A DNA stretch of 59,536 nt, filler included, from Asterionella formosa (lineage: Eukaryota), in the NCBI GenBank assembly GCA_002256025.1. It is 6 parts of 6 records of this genome, joined end to end, with 100 filler letters (N's around TTAATTAATTAA, not from the genome) between each part and the next. Parts side by side here need not be neighbours in the genome. Positions count along the whole stretch, not along the records: positions 49,720 to 59,536 come from NKIB01010177.1; 5 more parts are not named here. One strand, given 5' to 3'. A program made the translations under genes and the position numbers. The stretch's first letter is position 1, and the number at the start of each line of letters is the position of its first letter. The notes beneath the pieces were generated by a model that was given only the letters and a program-made list of their open reading frames with translations, was not told the DNA's origin and did not search any database. Below, in pieces: positions 57,047-59,536 of the stretch.

Positions 57047-59475
57047 CTAGAGTCCTTTGCGCTCCCGAGCAACCTTGAGTACGTCATCAATCGAACTTAG
57101 CATAGACCTGTCCTTGATGAAGGATTTGGCGATTTCCAAGGCGTGCCGTTCACACATTGCTCTGACATCGGCATCTTTAATGCTCTCCAAATCTTCGACG
57201 TGAGCAATACCCACCACACGACGGAGCATTTTCATGCCTGCAAAGCCAACGGTATCTTGAAAGATGCTGGCCAAGAAAGATTGTTGAGCCAGGGCAATTG
57301 CGGTATCATCACCTAACACTGTGCGTTTATACGCCATCCCAGTATGCTCAGAAGGATCATTCCAAAGTTTGACAAATTCGGACTCGAAAGTCGTCCAAAA
57401 TGTCTTGATGGTTTCTAATAGCCATTCAGCGTAATCATCGCCATTCAAATGTCCCCATTGAGAACAATACGCCAAGAGTAGATTGGCAAGGAAGGCGCCA
57501 GTGTCAAATCCCATTGGTCCATAGAAGGCAAATTCAGGGTCAATAACAAAGGTTTGGTGGGATGCAGGCGAACACATGACCGAGCCCGAGTGCAGATCAG
57601 CATGAAGGAGCGCTTGAGTCTCTGTTACAAACTTGTTCTTCAGTTTGGAAGCTTCCACTTTCAGAGCAGCATCGCCTTCTATCGCCTCTTTGTCAATGTC
57701 TAGCTGAGGCGAAGTCCAGTGATTGTTGACGGCATAGATATAGGGTTCCGTAAAGACAACTTGTTCAGTCAAGGCACACATTTCAACATTTGTGCTCCAG
57801 AACTGTACTTGCTGCCTGAGCTCCGTCTCGGATAACTTGAAACCAGACGTTTTAAACAATGTGTGTGCACAAAAAATTCCCATATCGGCAGCCATCGTAG
57901 GGTAACGAATTTTTGCAATGAAGCCCTTGCGAAGAATAATGTTAGGAGGAGGAATGTATTCCATCACCATCAAGGCATTGGGTTTGGAAAAGTAGTAGAC
58001 GGCAGGAACAAAGTCGGGACAAGCTTCCTTCTCAGCGCAAAGGGCTTTATATTCAAAAAATGAACGTTCCAATGTCAGCGGCCAAGATTCTCCGACACAT
58101 CTGACGTACGGCAACGATTGTTTCACAATTATTTTCTTTTGATTTTCAACGTTCGTCACTATGAAGACCAAATTCAAGTTTCCATCACCAACTTCTTGGC
58201 ATTCAAGGTTTTCTGGAGATGAAGCTTCGAGGTGTTCCATGGCAACATGAGCGTTTTTCGCTAAATACACTGGCAGCGATCGCACATTTTGCTCAACGTA
58301 GTCACTTGGGACAAAAAGTTTCTTGGCGGTCGTACTCATTCCGCATGCGCCTGCTGCACTGTGCCTTTCACTGCAGTTTCCAAAAATGTTAGCTTTTTGA
58401 GCGGAAACAGAAATCAGGAATAAACAGAAAACTGATCATGTAATGTTTGCAGGCTTTTAATTTCTTCTCCCTCATGCAGCGTGTGGACAACGAACGAAAA
58501 AGTACGCTCGAGAAAAAACTTACACAAAAGCAGCCACATCAATAGTTCCATCAGCATTAGGCTCAATGATGCCTTTTTCAGTGATAATTCCAGCAATGAA
58601 CTTGGCTGGGGTCACATCAAAGGCTGGATTCCAACAAGGCATCTTTGCAGGCGCATTGGAGCTCTCAATCATTTCTGCAGCAGGTCTTTCTTCGATCTCA
58701 ATCTCATCCCCTGAACGCAACGATACATCCAACGTGGTGAATGGCGATGCAATATAAAAGGGAACACCATGCGCTGCTGCAACTAAACTCAAGTTGTAAG
58801 TTCCAATTTTATTGGCAGTGTCACCATTAGCACACACACGATCAGCTCCAACCACACAGGCATCCACGCCCTTTAATTTCATCAGAGCACCCGCCGCTGA
58901 ATCACAAATCAAGGTGCCATTTGGCATTTTCTCCTCCATAATTTCAAAGGCTGTCAAACGCGACCCTTGATTGTACGGACGAGTCTCGAGGGCATGAATA
59001 CTCTGAAGCTTGCCTTGGGAGTGCAACGCACGAGCCACCCCAAGGGCCGTTCCATAACCAGCCGTGGCCAACGAGCCTGTGTTGCAGATGGTAACTAATC
59101 GAGCCTTTTCTCCCGGTCCAACGTGTCTCAAAATGGCTTCTGCTCCACATTTCCCGATTGCTTCATTGTCGGCAACATCCCGGGTCAACATGAATTCGGC
59201 ATGTTTGACGACGGCTTCACAAAGCCGCTCGCGGGTGGTTCTATCGGTTCCGTTTCTAGCTTTCTCCAATACTTCTTTTAGTTCCCTAAGAGCGTTAAAG
59301 AGATTGACGGCAGTCGGGCGGGATGTGGAGAGGTAGTTCATCTTCTTGTGGATATAAGTCAACAATGCCTCAGAGTCGTTTGCATCAATCGCATCTAGTT
59401 CGCTCACTGTGGATGCGTTTGAGTTGAGGTCGACGGAGAGGCCCAAACAAGCCACCATGGCGATCAGAGGAGCAC
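57047..59475 (-). CDS. mtnAK: Fused methylthioribose-1-phosphate isomerase (MtnA/MRI1) and methylthioribose kinase (MtnK); exons 59475-58524 and 58370-57047; the 5' exon(s) lie outside the window
   Basis: MtnA motifs [47 protein letters not shown] and NPAFDVT. MtnK motifs [26 protein letters not shown] and [11 protein letters not shown] 153-nt GTAAGT...GCTAAC...CTGCAG intron joins the two in frame. Confidence 0.9.
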
Positions 59476-59536
59476 CTAAGGAGAGTTCAACAATCGTTTT
59501 TTGAGCATGAAATTTGAATCCAAGTGGTTCACGACT

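Noticed and set aside
57047..59458. mtnA and mtnK as a bacterial operon or contaminant
   Set aside because: Canonical spliceosomal introns join and precede them, and the neighbouring genes are eukaryotic.

Overview
Eukaryotic, intron-containing DNA that looks like a diatom or related stramenopile (GT-AG introns, type III-like metacaspase, bipartite plastid-targeting presequence, Copia, Crypton and LINE relics of stramenopile type). The window is not one locus. Five 100-bp N44-TTAATTAATTAA-N44 linkers join six pieces of about 9.8 kb in descending length order, so adjacency across linkers is meaningless. Host genes: a putative plastid protein, a DUF4126-like membrane protein, Rab8/Sec4 with a 5-nt micro-exon, a BTB protein, a secreted CHRD protein, a triple-domain metacaspase, a membrane-anchored tandem AapJ-like amino-acid-binding protein, a DysF-like protein, two ankyrin genes, mitochondrial uL13, a dsRBD-like protein, an ARM-repeat protein, a TPR-PDZ protein, a bromodomain-ET protein, a RUS1-family protein and a spliced MtnA-MtnK fusion. 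Mobile DNA: a PIF/Harbinger element with a DUF6818-like partner ORF, two Copia remnants, a Crypton C-terminus, a Ginger-like integrase fragment, a LINE relic, a TA-flanked MITE family, arrays that look like its excision footprints, and three satellite arrays of 180-190 bp. All family calls come from motif recognition by eye; no searches were run.
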